IMG/VR virus record: IMGVR_UViG_3300037851_001501
Coordinates: 1-46,389 of that record
Source: a virus
Taxonomy: Duplodnaviria > Caudoviricetes
Direction: 5' to 3' (one strand)
Length of the DNA: 46,389 nt
In this document: positions 8,377 to 17,078 of the stretch, one piece after another
Numbering within the stretch: position 1 is the stretch's first letter
Layout: each line of letters opens with the position of its first letter
Position numbers and translations under genes: made by a program
Notes under the pieces: generated by a model
What the model saw: only the letters and a program-made list of their open reading frames with translations
What the model was told of the DNA's origin: nothing
The model's database searches: none

Positions 8377-8994
8377 ATGGGCGACGATTATTCTCGACTG
8401 AGGGAGCCGATCTTCTACGCGGTGGTGGCGGCGGCGATGCTGATTTGGGGGACGAAGGACGAGAATATGCCGGACTGGCTGCGGTTGTTTCTGATTACGG
8501 TGGGGGCGATCTTTGCATTTGCGGCGTCGGTGACGGCGCTGGACTTCGTGACACGGCGGGTAGCAGCGCGGATGGAGGATTTGTCGCTGGCGAAGACTGC
8601 TGGGCCGCGGATGCTGGCCGCGGCGCTGAAGGGACTGTCGGCTGCGCAGACGGATTTCGTGGGGCGGATGAGCGCTGTGACGATCAGCGGGATTGTGTCA
8701 AGCCAGGGTCCGGCGTGGGCGCTACGGGGGGCGGTGTGCGATATTCCGTTGGAGTTTGCGGATGACTTTCTGACGGCCAGCGAGGAGACGGCGCCATATT
8801 TATGGCCGGAACGGCGGGCGGGGGAGATCGGTGGGGAGAGCGGTTGGGCGAATGCGCGGCAGTACTGTGTGGAGTTGACGAATTTGCTGACGGCAAACGG
8901 CTGGGCCGAGAGGGCCGTGGGTCCGTATGCGGCGAAGCTGAGCGCGGATGTGACGTTGGAGCATCTGCGGGTGTATTTGGGTGTGGCACAGTAA
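8377..8994 (+). CDS. Membrane protein (2 N-terminal TM helices)
   Basis: Two hydrophobic helices followed by a soluble domain. Confidence 0.65.
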   Translation: MGDDYSRLREPIFYAVVAAAMLIWGTKDENMPDWLRLFLITVGAIFAFAASVTALDFVTRRVAARMEDLSLAKTAGPRMLAAALKGLSAAQTDFVGRMSAVTISGIVSSQGPAWALRGAVCDIPLEFADDFLTASEETAPYLWPERRAGEIGGESGWANARQYCVELTNLLTANGWAERAVGPYAAKLSADVTLEHLRVYLGVAQ

Positions 8995-9007
8995 AGGAAA
9001 ATGGGAG

Positions 9008-9199
9008 ATGGACAAGCGAGTTGGAAATCAGGCGTCGCGCTATTATAGGCAAAGCGATGATCCCTTTGTGAATAAACGCCTTCGGTGGGATGAATTTGCT
9101 AAATGCCCTCGTTGCAACAGGGATTACCGGATTGGGTTCGAGGTTATCCGTCGCGGCGGGGCAAAGCATTGTCCGTATTGTAACGAAAGGGTAGGATAG
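9008..9199 (+). CDS. Small zinc-ribbon protein
   Basis: CPRC...CPYC. Confidence 0.55.
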   Translation: MDKRVGNQASRYYRQSDDPFVNKRLRWDEFAKCPRCNRDYRIGFEVIRRGGAKHCPYCNERVG

Positions 9200-9203
9200 T
9201 CGC

Positions 9204-9968
9204 ATGGACTCAGAGTTGAGCGGGCTTGTGGATACGGCGTGGCTTGTCAGTCCGATGATCCTGCTGGCCGTGATCGTATTTTTCCGTATAGGCGCGTGGA
9301 AGTGGGGGCTAGGAACATTGGGCGCGTGGGGGATATACGGCGGAATCGTCACGATGGCGGACGGTATCGCCAATCCAGAGTTGCAGGCGGAGACGGGGAT
9401 GACTACCTTCCAGACTGCGATGGTTGGGATGTGCGTGGCCCCGGCGGTGATGCTTGTGCTAGGGATAATTGGCGTACTGGTATTCAATGTGGTGTTCGGA
9501 GAGGGCGGGCCGCGCCGCAGAGAGGGGCAAATAGATATGGATTGGCTGGTGGATCACGAGAGGGTAAGGCCGGGAAGGTCGGACGACGCTGTGATCGCAG
9601 TAGCGGAGATAGTGGAGCAGGTGCGTGGCGGGCATCGCCAGGATATGGAAGGTCGCTTGCGCGGCCTGCATATCCAAGTGCAGCGGGGGGAAGATCACAA
9701 TGTACTTGCGCACGCGAGGTACTTGCGCGAGTACGGCGGACAGTTCGGCGTGTCCATCGCCTGCGATAACGCCAGCGATGAGGCTTACATCTCCACGCCG
9801 TCCACGCAACTGCCTCCCACCACCGACGGAGGGACGTGGGCAAGTCGCGGGCGCGGCGGGGTGACTGCATCGGTGAAGGATGGGGAGTCTCTCGAGGAGG
9901 CGATGCGGAGGTACAACGCGCGTGAAGATGCGCAAGAGAGGGAGCGCGAGGCAAGGAGGCTGCGATGA
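9204..9968 (+). CDS. Membrane protein (about 3 TM helices)
   Basis: Hydrophobic N-terminal half; ATGA overlap with parB. Confidence 0.6.
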   Translation: MDSELSGLVDTAWLVSPMILLAVIVFFRIGAWKWGLGTLGAWGIYGGIVTMADGIANPELQAETGMTTFQTAMVGMCVAPAVMLVLGIIGVLVFNVVFGEGGPRRREGQIDMDWLVDHERVRPGRSDDAVIAVAEIVEQVRGGHRQDMEGRLRGLHIQVQRGEDHNVLAHARYLREYGGQFGVSIACDNASDEAYISTPSTQLPPTTDGGTWASRGRGGVTASVKDGESLEEAMRRYNAREDAQEREREARRLR

Positions 9969-10849
9969 TGTCATTAATTCCGATGGAGCTGGTGTTGCCG
10001 AATCCGGAGCAGCCGCGCAAGGTCTTCGACGATGATGAGATGGCGGCTTTGGCGGAGAGCATCAGGGACCATGGGGTGATGCTGCCGATTTTAGTAGAGA
10101 AGAAGGAGGGGGGCGAATATATCTTGCATGACGGGGAGCGGCGGCTGCGGGCGGCGAAGATGGCGGGGCTGGAGATGATTCCGGCGATGGTGATGGAGGG
10201 GGAGGGGGATGCGCGGCTGCGGCTGGAACGGGCGCTGGCGGCGAATTTGCAGCGGGCGGACCTGACGCCCATCGAGGAGGGGATGGCGTATCAGCGGATG
10301 CAGAACGAGTTGGGGCTGAGCCTGGCGGAGATCTGCCGGCGGGTGGGGAAGAGCCGGGCGCGGGTGGAACAGCGGTTGCTATTGCTGCAGTTGGATGCGC
10401 CGATTCAGGAATTGATTAGCAAGAAGGAGCTGCACCAGGATGCGCGGCTGGCGGAGGCGCTATTGGGGATTCCCAGCCCGGAGGCGCGGGTGAAGACAGC
10501 GAGGGGGCTGGCGCTGCGAGGGGCGAGCTTGAGGGCGAGTGTGCAGGCGGCGGTTATGGTGCGAGAGCGTCTGGCAGAGTTGAGCGGGAACGGGCGGGGA
10601 GGGGCGGCTGAGGCGGCGATGGTGGAACTGGGGATGAAGCGCGCCGGGGTGACGCGGAAGCCGATGGGTTGGGATATGCTACGGCAGGCGGGGAAGCTGC
10701 CGCCGTGGGAGGCGGTTACGGAGGCGGCGCGGCAGACGTGCGATGGATGCGTGCTGCGGGATGTGGCGAGCAACGATGTCTGCGGGCAGTGTCCGGGTGT
10801 GGAGTTAATCAAACTGCTGGTGGAGACGGGAAAGCATGAACAGTATTGA
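9965..10849 (+). CDS. parB: ParB/Spo0J-family protein with C-terminal Cys cluster
   Basis: PNPEQPRK.F, SIRDHGV..PI, DGERRLRA, ANLQRADLTPIEE, HTH; C-terminal CDGC...CGQC. Confidence 0.9.
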   Translation: MMSLIPMELVLPNPEQPRKVFDDDEMAALAESIRDHGVMLPILVEKKEGGEYILHDGERRLRAAKMAGLEMIPAMVMEGEGDARLRLERALAANLQRADLTPIEEGMAYQRMQNELGLSLAEICRRVGKSRARVEQRLLLLQLDAPIQELISKKELHQDARLAEALLGIPSPEARVKTARGLALRGASLRASVQAAVMVRERLAELSGNGRGGAAEAAMVELGMKRAGVTRKPMGWDMLRQAGKLPPWEAVTEAARQTCDGCVLRDVASNDVCGQCPGVELIKLLVETGKHEQY

Positions 10850-12038
10850 TGCCATGGTAGAGGCGATCACGACGATGGCGGCGCTGGAGAGCGGGGTGCC
10901 GGCGAGTGTGCTGCAGGCGCGAGGAGGGATCAACCCGGTTGCGGCGCTAGGGTACGGGGCATGGAGGCCAATGTTGGCGCATTGGCTGCCGGAGGAGGAG
11001 GCGTACTTAAGGGAAAAGATGGGGGAGGGGGAAATGACAGACGCAGAGATCGGGGCGGCGCTGGGACGGTCGGCGGAGGCGGTGAGGATTCGCCGGCAGA
11101 AGAGGGGATTCCCGGCGCGCTCGAAGAGGCCGGGGTGGCTGACGGGACATCAGGCGGCGAAGAGGATGGGGTGGGATGTGCATAAGGTGATTATGTTGGC
11201 GAGCCGAGGGCTGCTTCGATGCGAGAGGCTTCCCGGTCAACGCGGGATACTGACGATCCGCGAGGAGCGGCTGGAGCGGTGGGCGCTGGATCCGGTAAAT
11301 TGGGTGTATTTCACGCACGAGAAGGTGTGTGATGAGCGCCTGCGGCGTCTATTGAAGCGGCGGGCGGAGCGGTGGGGGGATGCGTGGTGGACGACGGGGC
11401 AGGCGGCGGCGTGGCACGGGGTGGAGGCTGCGGTGGTGCAACGAGCTATCGAGCGAGGGGAGATTCCGGCGGTTAAGTGGGGGAATTGGTGGGTGAGGCG
11501 GAGCGATATGCTGCGGCTGGGGCTTTATTTTGCGAAGAATAAGGGGGGCGGGCATGTGGAGGCGTGGAGCGATGAAGGGGATGCGTTTATGACGCTGTCG
11601 AGGGCGGTGGGGTTGAGTTGGCAGGCGACGGCGCGGTTGATGGGCCGGAAGCATGTGTCGTTCCGCTGGCAGCGGATGTGGGAGGAGGGGCAGCAGCGGG
11701 TGTTGGTGGATAAATATGGCTATGAGGTGGAGGTGGACGAGGAGCGGCGGTTGGTGTGGGCGGATTGGCGGGTGTACGCGGGCCGCTTTCCGGCGGTGAG
11801 GCGGGCGATGGAGAAGTTCAGGCGGTGGATAGATGGGGATCGGGGGCTGTTTGCGGGGAGTTTTCGACGGGGGGAGGAGGTATCCCAGGATTTATTGGTG
11901 GTGCGGGGAGTGTTGGCAAACTGGGCGCTGTGGTACGGTTTGGATGCCAAGTTGAGTTTTGCGTGCCATCGTCCGGGCAGGCTGGAACGGGCGGTAGAAG
12001 CGCTGCGAGGGTTAGGCGCGGATCCGCTGGGAAGATAA
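10836..12038 (+). CDS. Multi-HTH DNA-binding protein (excisionase/MerR-like domains)
   Basis: W..EEE..L...IGAALGRS..AVR HTH; two xis-like segments (LTGHQAAK..., TTGQAA...IERGEIPAVKWG.WWV). Confidence 0.7.
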   Translation: MNSIDAMVEAITTMAALESGVPASVLQARGGINPVAALGYGAWRPMLAHWLPEEEAYLREKMGEGEMTDAEIGAALGRSAEAVRIRRQKRGFPARSKRPGWLTGHQAAKRMGWDVHKVIMLASRGLLRCERLPGQRGILTIREERLERWALDPVNWVYFTHEKVCDERLRRLLKRRAERWGDAWWTTGQAAAWHGVEAAVVQRAIERGEIPAVKWGNWWVRRSDMLRLGLYFAKNKGGGHVEAWSDEGDAFMTLSRAVGLSWQATARLMGRKHVSFRWQRMWEEGQQRVLVDKYGYEVEVDEERRLVWADWRVYAGRFPAVRRAMEKFRRWIDGDRGLFAGSFRRGEEVSQDLLVVRGVLANWALWYGLDAKLSFACHRPGRLERAVEALRGLGADPLGR

Positions 12039-12048
12039 TGGAGATTAG

Positions 12049-12876
12049 ATGATCTGTCGTATTTGCGGGAATGATGGTATTGGGAGCGAGTGGTCTTCCT
12101 GGGTGAGCGATACATTCACCAATTATGACTTGCTCCTGCCCGGAGAGATAATCTGCGATGACTGCCGATTCTGGTTCGGCCAAAAATCGGACGAGTTGCA
12201 GCGGCGCATGAGAAAGGACAAGCCCCAGAAGATGCAGAACTACTCCCACTTCATCATCGGCGGGGAATGGCGTCCGGTGGGCAAGGGCGACAAGTCGGCG
12301 ATGGCGCAGATACTAACCACGCCGCCATTCCCCGAGATGGCGGCGGTGGCCGTCAGCGGGCAGAAGCATCTGGCCTTCCGGGCGCGGCGCAACCCGCCCG
12401 GCGGCAGCGCTGGATGGGTGCAATACGAGGAGCAGGCCGTCTGGGTGATCCAGGACGACCTGCGGGGATTGCTGAAGTCCATCGAGGCCTTATATGCAGG
12501 GTTCAGCAAGAGCGAGATCGAGAGCGGGCGCTATTTCCCGCAGCGCATCTTGCGGTTTGGCGTGGATCGCTGGCAAGAGTTAGAGGCATGTATTAAGCAC
12601 AAACGGTCAACCGTTATATTTTCTCTGGCGCTGTTCATGGCGCAAAGGAGCGAAGATGGAAACGACGAAGGAGCAGGCGGTAGCACTTCTCAAGTTGATC
12701 TGGCGGGGCGTACCGCCGGCATACAAGAGCCGTTACCGGATGACGATCTGGGAGCAATTCGAGAACGAAATCCGCAGCGCGGCATACACGAGCGACGTGG
12801 GGCGGTTCATCAGCTCTCTATGTTCCCATCTGGGGGCGAGAATAGGGAACACGGCAGGCGAGCGCGAAGAAGCTGA
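12049..12876 (+). CDS. csf1: Type IV CRISPR Csf1 (Cas8-like large subunit)
   Basis: CRIC...DTFTNYD...ICDDC zinc finger and SGQKH motif; first gene of the csf operon. Confidence 0.8.
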   Translation: MICRICGNDGIGSEWSSWVSDTFTNYDLLLPGEIICDDCRFWFGQKSDELQRRMRKDKPQKMQNYSHFIIGGEWRPVGKGDKSAMAQILTTPPFPEMAAVAVSGQKHLAFRARRNPPGGSAGWVQYEEQAVWVIQDDLRGLLKSIEALYAGFSKSEIESGRYFPQRILRFGVDRWQELEACIKHKRSTVIFSLALFMAQRSEDGNDEGAGGSTSQVDLAGRTAGIQEPLPDDDLGAIRERNPQRGIHERRGAVHQLSMFPSGGENREHGRRARRS

Positions 12877-13027
12877 TGCTCTGTTGGCTGCAGTCGATGA
12901 GCGAGAGATGCTGCGATTGTTACGCACTGAGACTACCTTGCTGGTGCTATCGGTGCGGGTAGGTAACCAGGCACGGAGAGATCAGTGGGATGCTGCGCAT
13001 TCTGCCGAGGAGGAGTATGATGTCTAG
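12656..13027 (+). CDS. cas11: Type IV-B small subunit (Cas11-like)
   Basis: 123-aa helical protein (IW..F...IRSAA...FISSLC) between csf1 and csf2; AAGGAG RBS. Confidence 0.72.
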   Translation: METTKEQAVALLKLIWRGVPPAYKSRYRMTIWEQFENEIRSAAYTSDVGRFISSLCSHLGARIGNTAGEREEADALLAAVDEREMLRLLRTETTLLVLSVRVGNQARRDQWDAAHSAEEEYDV

Positions 13028-13994
13028 TTATATGTTTGAGGGCGTGGTAACTGCGCTAACCAGTATCAGTCACATCGGCGACACTTTCGGCGTCAACGCG
13101 AAGCTGCGCCGCGAGAAGATCATTCAGCCCGACGGGACGGTGGAGGACGTGCCCGTCATTAGCGGCAACAGCGTGAGGGGCATCCTGCGTGACCGCGGGA
13201 TGCTGCACATGCTCTATGTGCTAGGGTATGGGATCGATAAGGAGACGGGAGAGGTAAGCGGATTATCGTTGCCAGCCTTCTACTTCCTTTTCTCCGGCGG
13301 TTCGTTGACCAAGATTGCCGGCCACGGGATTGACGTGGACGAGGCGCGCCGTTGGCGGCGTGCTATCCCGCTGGTAGCGATTTTCGGCGGGGCGATGGGT
13401 AACCAGATCATGCCTGGTAAATGTAAGATCGGCAAGCTGATCCCTATCTGTCAGGAGACGGCGCATTTGATCCCACCGCGCTTCGTTAGGGAGACAAAGA
13501 GCATTTGGGACTTGTGCCAGGAGGAGGCGTACACGCGGCGGGACGATGAGAAAAACGAGAACATACGCCAACTGATTGCGCCTGAGGTGCGTATGCTCCT
13601 GGAGGCAAGCGCGGCTGATAAGAGGGCGCAGGTATTGAGCGGTGATGAAGAGATCGCCGGGGCAACGGGCGCAAAGCAGCAGATGCGCTATTATGTCGAG
13701 ACGCTGGCGGCGGGGACGCAACTCTATTGGGAGATCGTTCTGGACGACGTAACGGAGGTGGAGTTTGATGCCTTCTGCGTTACGTTAGCCGAGTTCGGGA
13801 GATTCCCTTATCTCGGGGGGAAAAGCGGCGTGGGGCATGGCAAGGTTACGGTCAAATTCGATCATTGGTACGAGATCAACCCGCGCCTGGGGGTCAACGG
13901 CAAAGAGCTAGATGTATCGCTGGGGACTAAGTACATGCAGCATCTTAGCGACCACAGGGAGGAGATCAAGGGGATGATTGATGGATTACAGTAA
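13020..13994 (+). CDS. csf2: Type IV Csf2 (Cas7-family RAMP backbone)
   Basis: ALTSISH, VPVISGNSVRGILRD, LFSGG, PLVAIFGG, glycine loop LGGKSGVGHG. Confidence 0.9.
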   Translation: MSSYMFEGVVTALTSISHIGDTFGVNAKLRREKIIQPDGTVEDVPVISGNSVRGILRDRGMLHMLYVLGYGIDKETGEVSGLSLPAFYFLFSGGSLTKIAGHGIDVDEARRWRRAIPLVAIFGGAMGNQIMPGKCKIGKLIPICQETAHLIPPRFVRETKSIWDLCQEEAYTRRDDEKNENIRQLIAPEVRMLLEASAADKRAQVLSGDEEIAGATGAKQQMRYYVETLAAGTQLYWEIVLDDVTEVEFDAFCVTLAEFGRFPYLGGKSGVGHGKVTVKFDHWYEINPRLGVNGKELDVSLGTKYMQHLSDHREEIKGMIDGLQ

Positions 13995-14670
13995 CTTGTT
14001 GGTTACAGCCCATTTGCGCGCTCCGGTAGTGGCCGATTGTTGGCTGCCGCTAGACGGCATCCTGTTCTACCAGCACGTCCGCGCCGATCTGGGGGCGCAG
14101 GAGATGACCGTGCCCGGACAATCGGCCCAGCCGAAGGGAGCGCCGATCAAGGGCGGGCGGCTACCCATTGCGATTGTGCATGATAAGCACTGGTATTATC
14201 GCTGCTCCTGGGCGCATTGGGGGCCGCACGTGGATGGGCAGGATCATTGGGTCAAGCGTTTTGACAATGGCTTCGCTGACCTGGTGGACTTCCACGGCCG
14301 GCGCGGGCGAGTAGATACCAGCGCTGCCGCATATAGGGCGTATCACATGCCGGTCAACTATCGCAGCGCCTTGTACGTACAGTGGTATTGCGTGGCTGAT
14401 TATGATTGCCTTGCGCCGCTTTTAGCCGCCGTCACTCATATCGGCAAAAAGGCGGCGCAGGGCTGGGGGCGGGTGTCGCTCTGGGAGGTGGAGCGCATGG
14501 ATTGTGATCGGTCTATCTGGGATGGCGAGCAGCGTCTAATGCGTGGCATCCCTGTCTATCATGCGCGGGGAGGGGAGCCGCGCGGGATATATGGCATCAA
14601 GCCTCCCTACTGGGACAGGCGCAACCAGATGGAGTTGGCAATGCCAGGGGGCAAGGATGCAGTCGCTTAG
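13978..14670 (+). CDS. csf3: Type IV Csf3 (Cas5-family RAMP)
   Basis: LPLDGIL, glycine loop HIGKKAAQGWG, C-terminal KPPYW. Confidence 0.85.
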   Translation: MMDYSNLLVTAHLRAPVVADCWLPLDGILFYQHVRADLGAQEMTVPGQSAQPKGAPIKGGRLPIAIVHDKHWYYRCSWAHWGPHVDGQDHWVKRFDNGFADLVDFHGRRGRVDTSAAAYRAYHMPVNYRSALYVQWYCVADYDCLAPLLAAVTHIGKKAAQGWGRVSLWEVERMDCDRSIWDGEQRLMRGIPVYHARGGEPRGIYGIKPPYWDRRNQMELAMPGGKDAVA

Positions 14671-15388
14671 CGCGCTGGGCGCATTACGTGGTTGGCGACG
14701 CAAGGCGATTCGTGCGCGGGGAGTTATAGCCCAAGCGCTGAGGAATGACGCTCTCTGGTGTGTGTCATTCTCCGGAGGCAAGGACAGCACCGTGCTGCTG
14801 GACTTGACCTTGGCGGTCAAGCCTGATCTGGATATTATCTGGTTCGATGACGGTTGGGATTACCCTGAAACTATCTCCTTCCTTGCGGCGGTCGAGGCGC
14901 GGCTTGGCCGCCGCATACTCAGGGTGGAAATGCCTGTCCGGTCGTCATTTTGGGGCCGCGAGATAGCGTATGGAGGCGATGATCCGAGCTACAGCCATGC
15001 CTGCGACATGGATTACGAGGCGTGGGCGCGACAATACACCGGTGCGTTAATCGGGATGCGCAAAGAGGAGAGTAAACAGAGGTATTTCACCCTCCTGAGG
15101 AGGGGAGAGGTATATTACCACAAGGGGCTAGGGCATTGGCATTGCTGCCCCCTAGCCTCGTGGACATGGCAGGATGTGTGGGGGTATATCCTCGGCAACG
15201 GTCTGTCCTATAACCCGGTATATGACCGGCTAGAGAAGTTAGGAGTTGCGCCGGCTCAAGCCAGGGTTGGGCCGCTTACAGCCTGGATGGTCTACCAGTA
15301 TGGCGCGCTGGCAACGCTCAAGCGCGGCTGGCCGGATTTATACAACCGCTTTTGCGCTGCGCATCCAGAGGCGCGCGCATATGGATAG
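14657..15388 (+). CDS. cysH: CysH/PAPS-reductase-like protein (type IV-B signature)
   Basis: PP-loop SFSGGKDS, GMRKEES..R, PL..WTWQDVW.YI...L.YNPVYD; overlaps csf3. Confidence 0.88.
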   Translation: MQSLSALGALRGWRRKAIRARGVIAQALRNDALWCVSFSGGKDSTVLLDLTLAVKPDLDIIWFDDGWDYPETISFLAAVEARLGRRILRVEMPVRSSFWGREIAYGGDDPSYSHACDMDYEAWARQYTGALIGMRKEESKQRYFTLLRRGEVYYHKGLGHWHCCPLASWTWQDVWGYILGNGLSYNPVYDRLEKLGVAPAQARVGPLTAWMVYQYGALATLKRGWPDLYNRFCAAHPEARAYG

Positions 15389-15390
15389 GA

Positions 15391-16059
15391 CTATATGGAG
15401 CGGATTTTTCGCCCATGGCGGGGACGATGGTCAAGGTAATGGTTGAATCCCTCGTAGGGGATCAGCCAGTCACGTCCGACCTTGCGCGCGCCGGGAATGT
15501 GACCTGCGGCGGCGGCATGACGGATACCCCTGGCAGTGGCCTTTTCGCCCACCGCCAGCGCATACTCCTCGGCTTGGGCAACGTTTATCTCGTTGTTTTT
15601 CTGACCCTTGACCGGCGGCTCTCCGCCGATCTTACCGAGTTTTGCGCCGTAATTCCAGTGCCCGGCGTCGTCGCTGCCGGCCAGGGCTTGATCCGCCCAA
15701 TCGTCGGGCATGATCCAGCCCAGGTCGTCCACGATCTTGATGCTGCGGATCATCTCCGGCGGCATCTTGATCCCGGTCGGCACGTTATCGTCACTCCACC
15801 ACCCCTTATAAGTGTCGTCGTCGGGACAAGCGTGCCATGCAGTTGCAGTGATCAGGATGGCATTGCGGGGCAGCCCCCCCATGCCAGCAGGGGCGCTCAT
15901 CTGGGCAGACTGCCCAATAGGGCGCGCCCAGATGATGTTATGCCGCTCGTCCACGACGCCGATGCCCCAGCGTCCCTTGTCGTCCTGGACAAGATACTGC
16001 CTGGTCACTACGGCCAGGCTCGGCCAGCGGTAGATTGGGAGTTGATTAGGGGTTTTCAT
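15391..16059 (-). CDS. Protein with C-terminal excisionase-like (HTH_17) DNA-binding domain
   Basis: IRHAAAAGHIPGARKVGRDWLIP...RPR.GR. Confidence 0.7.
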   Translation of the reverse strand: MKTPNQLPIYRWPSLAVVTRQYLVQDDKGRWGIGVVDERHNIIWARPIGQSAQMSAPAGMGGLPRNAILITATAWHACPDDDTYKGWWSDDNVPTGIKMPPEMIRSIKIVDDLGWIMPDDWADQALAGSDDAGHWNYGAKLGKIGGEPPVKGQKNNEINVAQAEEYALAVGEKATARGIRHAAAAGHIPGARKVGRDWLIPYEGFNHYLDHRPRHGRKIRSI

Positions 16060-16347
16060 CTAGTTAGCTCCGCAGTCGCCGTAGCAATAGGAGTGACACT
16101 GGCTGCACCAGCCGCTGCGGGCAGGCTTGGATGCAGCCAGCGTTTGGGTATCGTCAACGCTGAGGTATCCGCCGCTCATGCTCAGCAACTTGTTGACTTT
16201 CTCTACATCCACGATCCACACCTTGTTCAGGCTGTCCCACTTACCGCCAAGATAGGTGCGGATGTAATCTTTGACCGGGTAAGTATTGCCGCTGAGGTTG
16301 TTGCCGTTGAGTGTCAGTCCAGTAGTTTGCCGAATTTTGAGTTTCAT
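16060..16347 (-). CDS. Small protein with GNTYPVKD/GGKWD module and C-terminal Cys cluster
   Basis: AAGGAG RBS then ATG at 16347; GNTYPVKD..LGGKWD..KVW; CSQCHSYCYGDC. Confidence 0.75.
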   Translation of the reverse strand: MKLKIRQTTGLTLNGNNLSGNTYPVKDYIRTYLGGKWDSLNKVWIVDVEKVNKLLSMSGGYLSVDDTQTLAASKPARSGWCSQCHSYCYGDCGAN

Positions 16348-16375
16348 TTTCTGCTCCTTGGTCGTCAATATATAT

Positions 16376-16403
16376 ATAATACCGCATACGGCACATTAGT
16401 CAA
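16376..16403 (-). promoter_or_regulatory. Sigma70-type promoter for the reverse cassette, with an internal inverted repeat (possible operator)
   Basis: TTGACT-N16-TATTAT on the - strand; spacer contains CCG-TATG-CGG. Confidence 0.6.
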
Positions 16404-16463
16404 GAGGGAATTTCATGGTCTGGTTTAGCACCGCTAATGGACCTTAGCGGAATGGAGGGCAGA

Positions 16464-17009
16464 ATGAAATGCCGGGAGAAAAGGGAGAGACCGATCTTGT
16501 TTTCGTGCGCGATGATTGTGGCAGTCCTGGAAGGGAGGAAAACGCAAACCAGGCGAGTGGTGAAACATCATCCTGGCACAGTCGTAGTCGATTCAGGAGA
16601 GCCTCTGGCGCGTATTATTACTCTGGATCGCTATATCCTTGCGCCTTATCAGGCTGGCGATGTGTTATGGGTGCGCGAGAAGTGCATTATTCACGCTGAG
16701 CCTACAGAGCGTGAGCCAGGTTTGATCTATTACGCAACCGAGTTTGCTGTTGGGGCTACTGCCGAGAGGTGGACGCCGGCGATATTTATGCCACGTTGGG
16801 CGAGCCGCATAAGCCTGCGTGTGATGGATGTCAGAGCAGAGAGACTCCGGACGATCACTGAGGCAGATGCGGTACAGGAGGGGTTTGGGGATGTATCACA
16901 GTTCGCCGAGTATTGGGATCGTCTCAACGAGAGCAGGGGCTATGGATGGGCGCTAAACCCCTGGGTATGGGTGTACAGCTTTGTCCCCATGATGAAGGCC
17001 AACGGATGA
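16464..17009 (+). CDS. ASCH/PUA-like phage protein
   Basis: RPILFS..M..A.LEGRKTQTRR, GDVLWVRE, W.P.IFMPRWASRI, NPWVWV. Confidence 0.85.
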   Translation: MKCREKRERPILFSCAMIVAVLEGRKTQTRRVVKHHPGTVVVDSGEPLARIITLDRYILAPYQAGDVLWVREKCIIHAEPTEREPGLIYYATEFAVGATAERWTPAIFMPRWASRISLRVMDVRAERLRTITEADAVQEGFGDVSQFAEYWDRLNESRGYGWALNPWVWVYSFVPMMKANG

Positions 17010-17078
17010 TCGAGATTGTGAGCGGGGATGCGCGGGCAAGGAATATCGAGCGCGCAGGTCGCAGATGAGGATGATGTG

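Noticed and set aside
14657-15388. Auxiliary metabolic gene for sulfate assimilation
   Set aside because: It lacks the C-terminal ECGLH motif and is coupled to csf3, as expected for the IV-B accessory protein.
15352-16428. 358-aa + strand ORF
   Set aside because: It is the antisense shadow of two - strand genes that have an RBS, a promoter and recognisable motifs.
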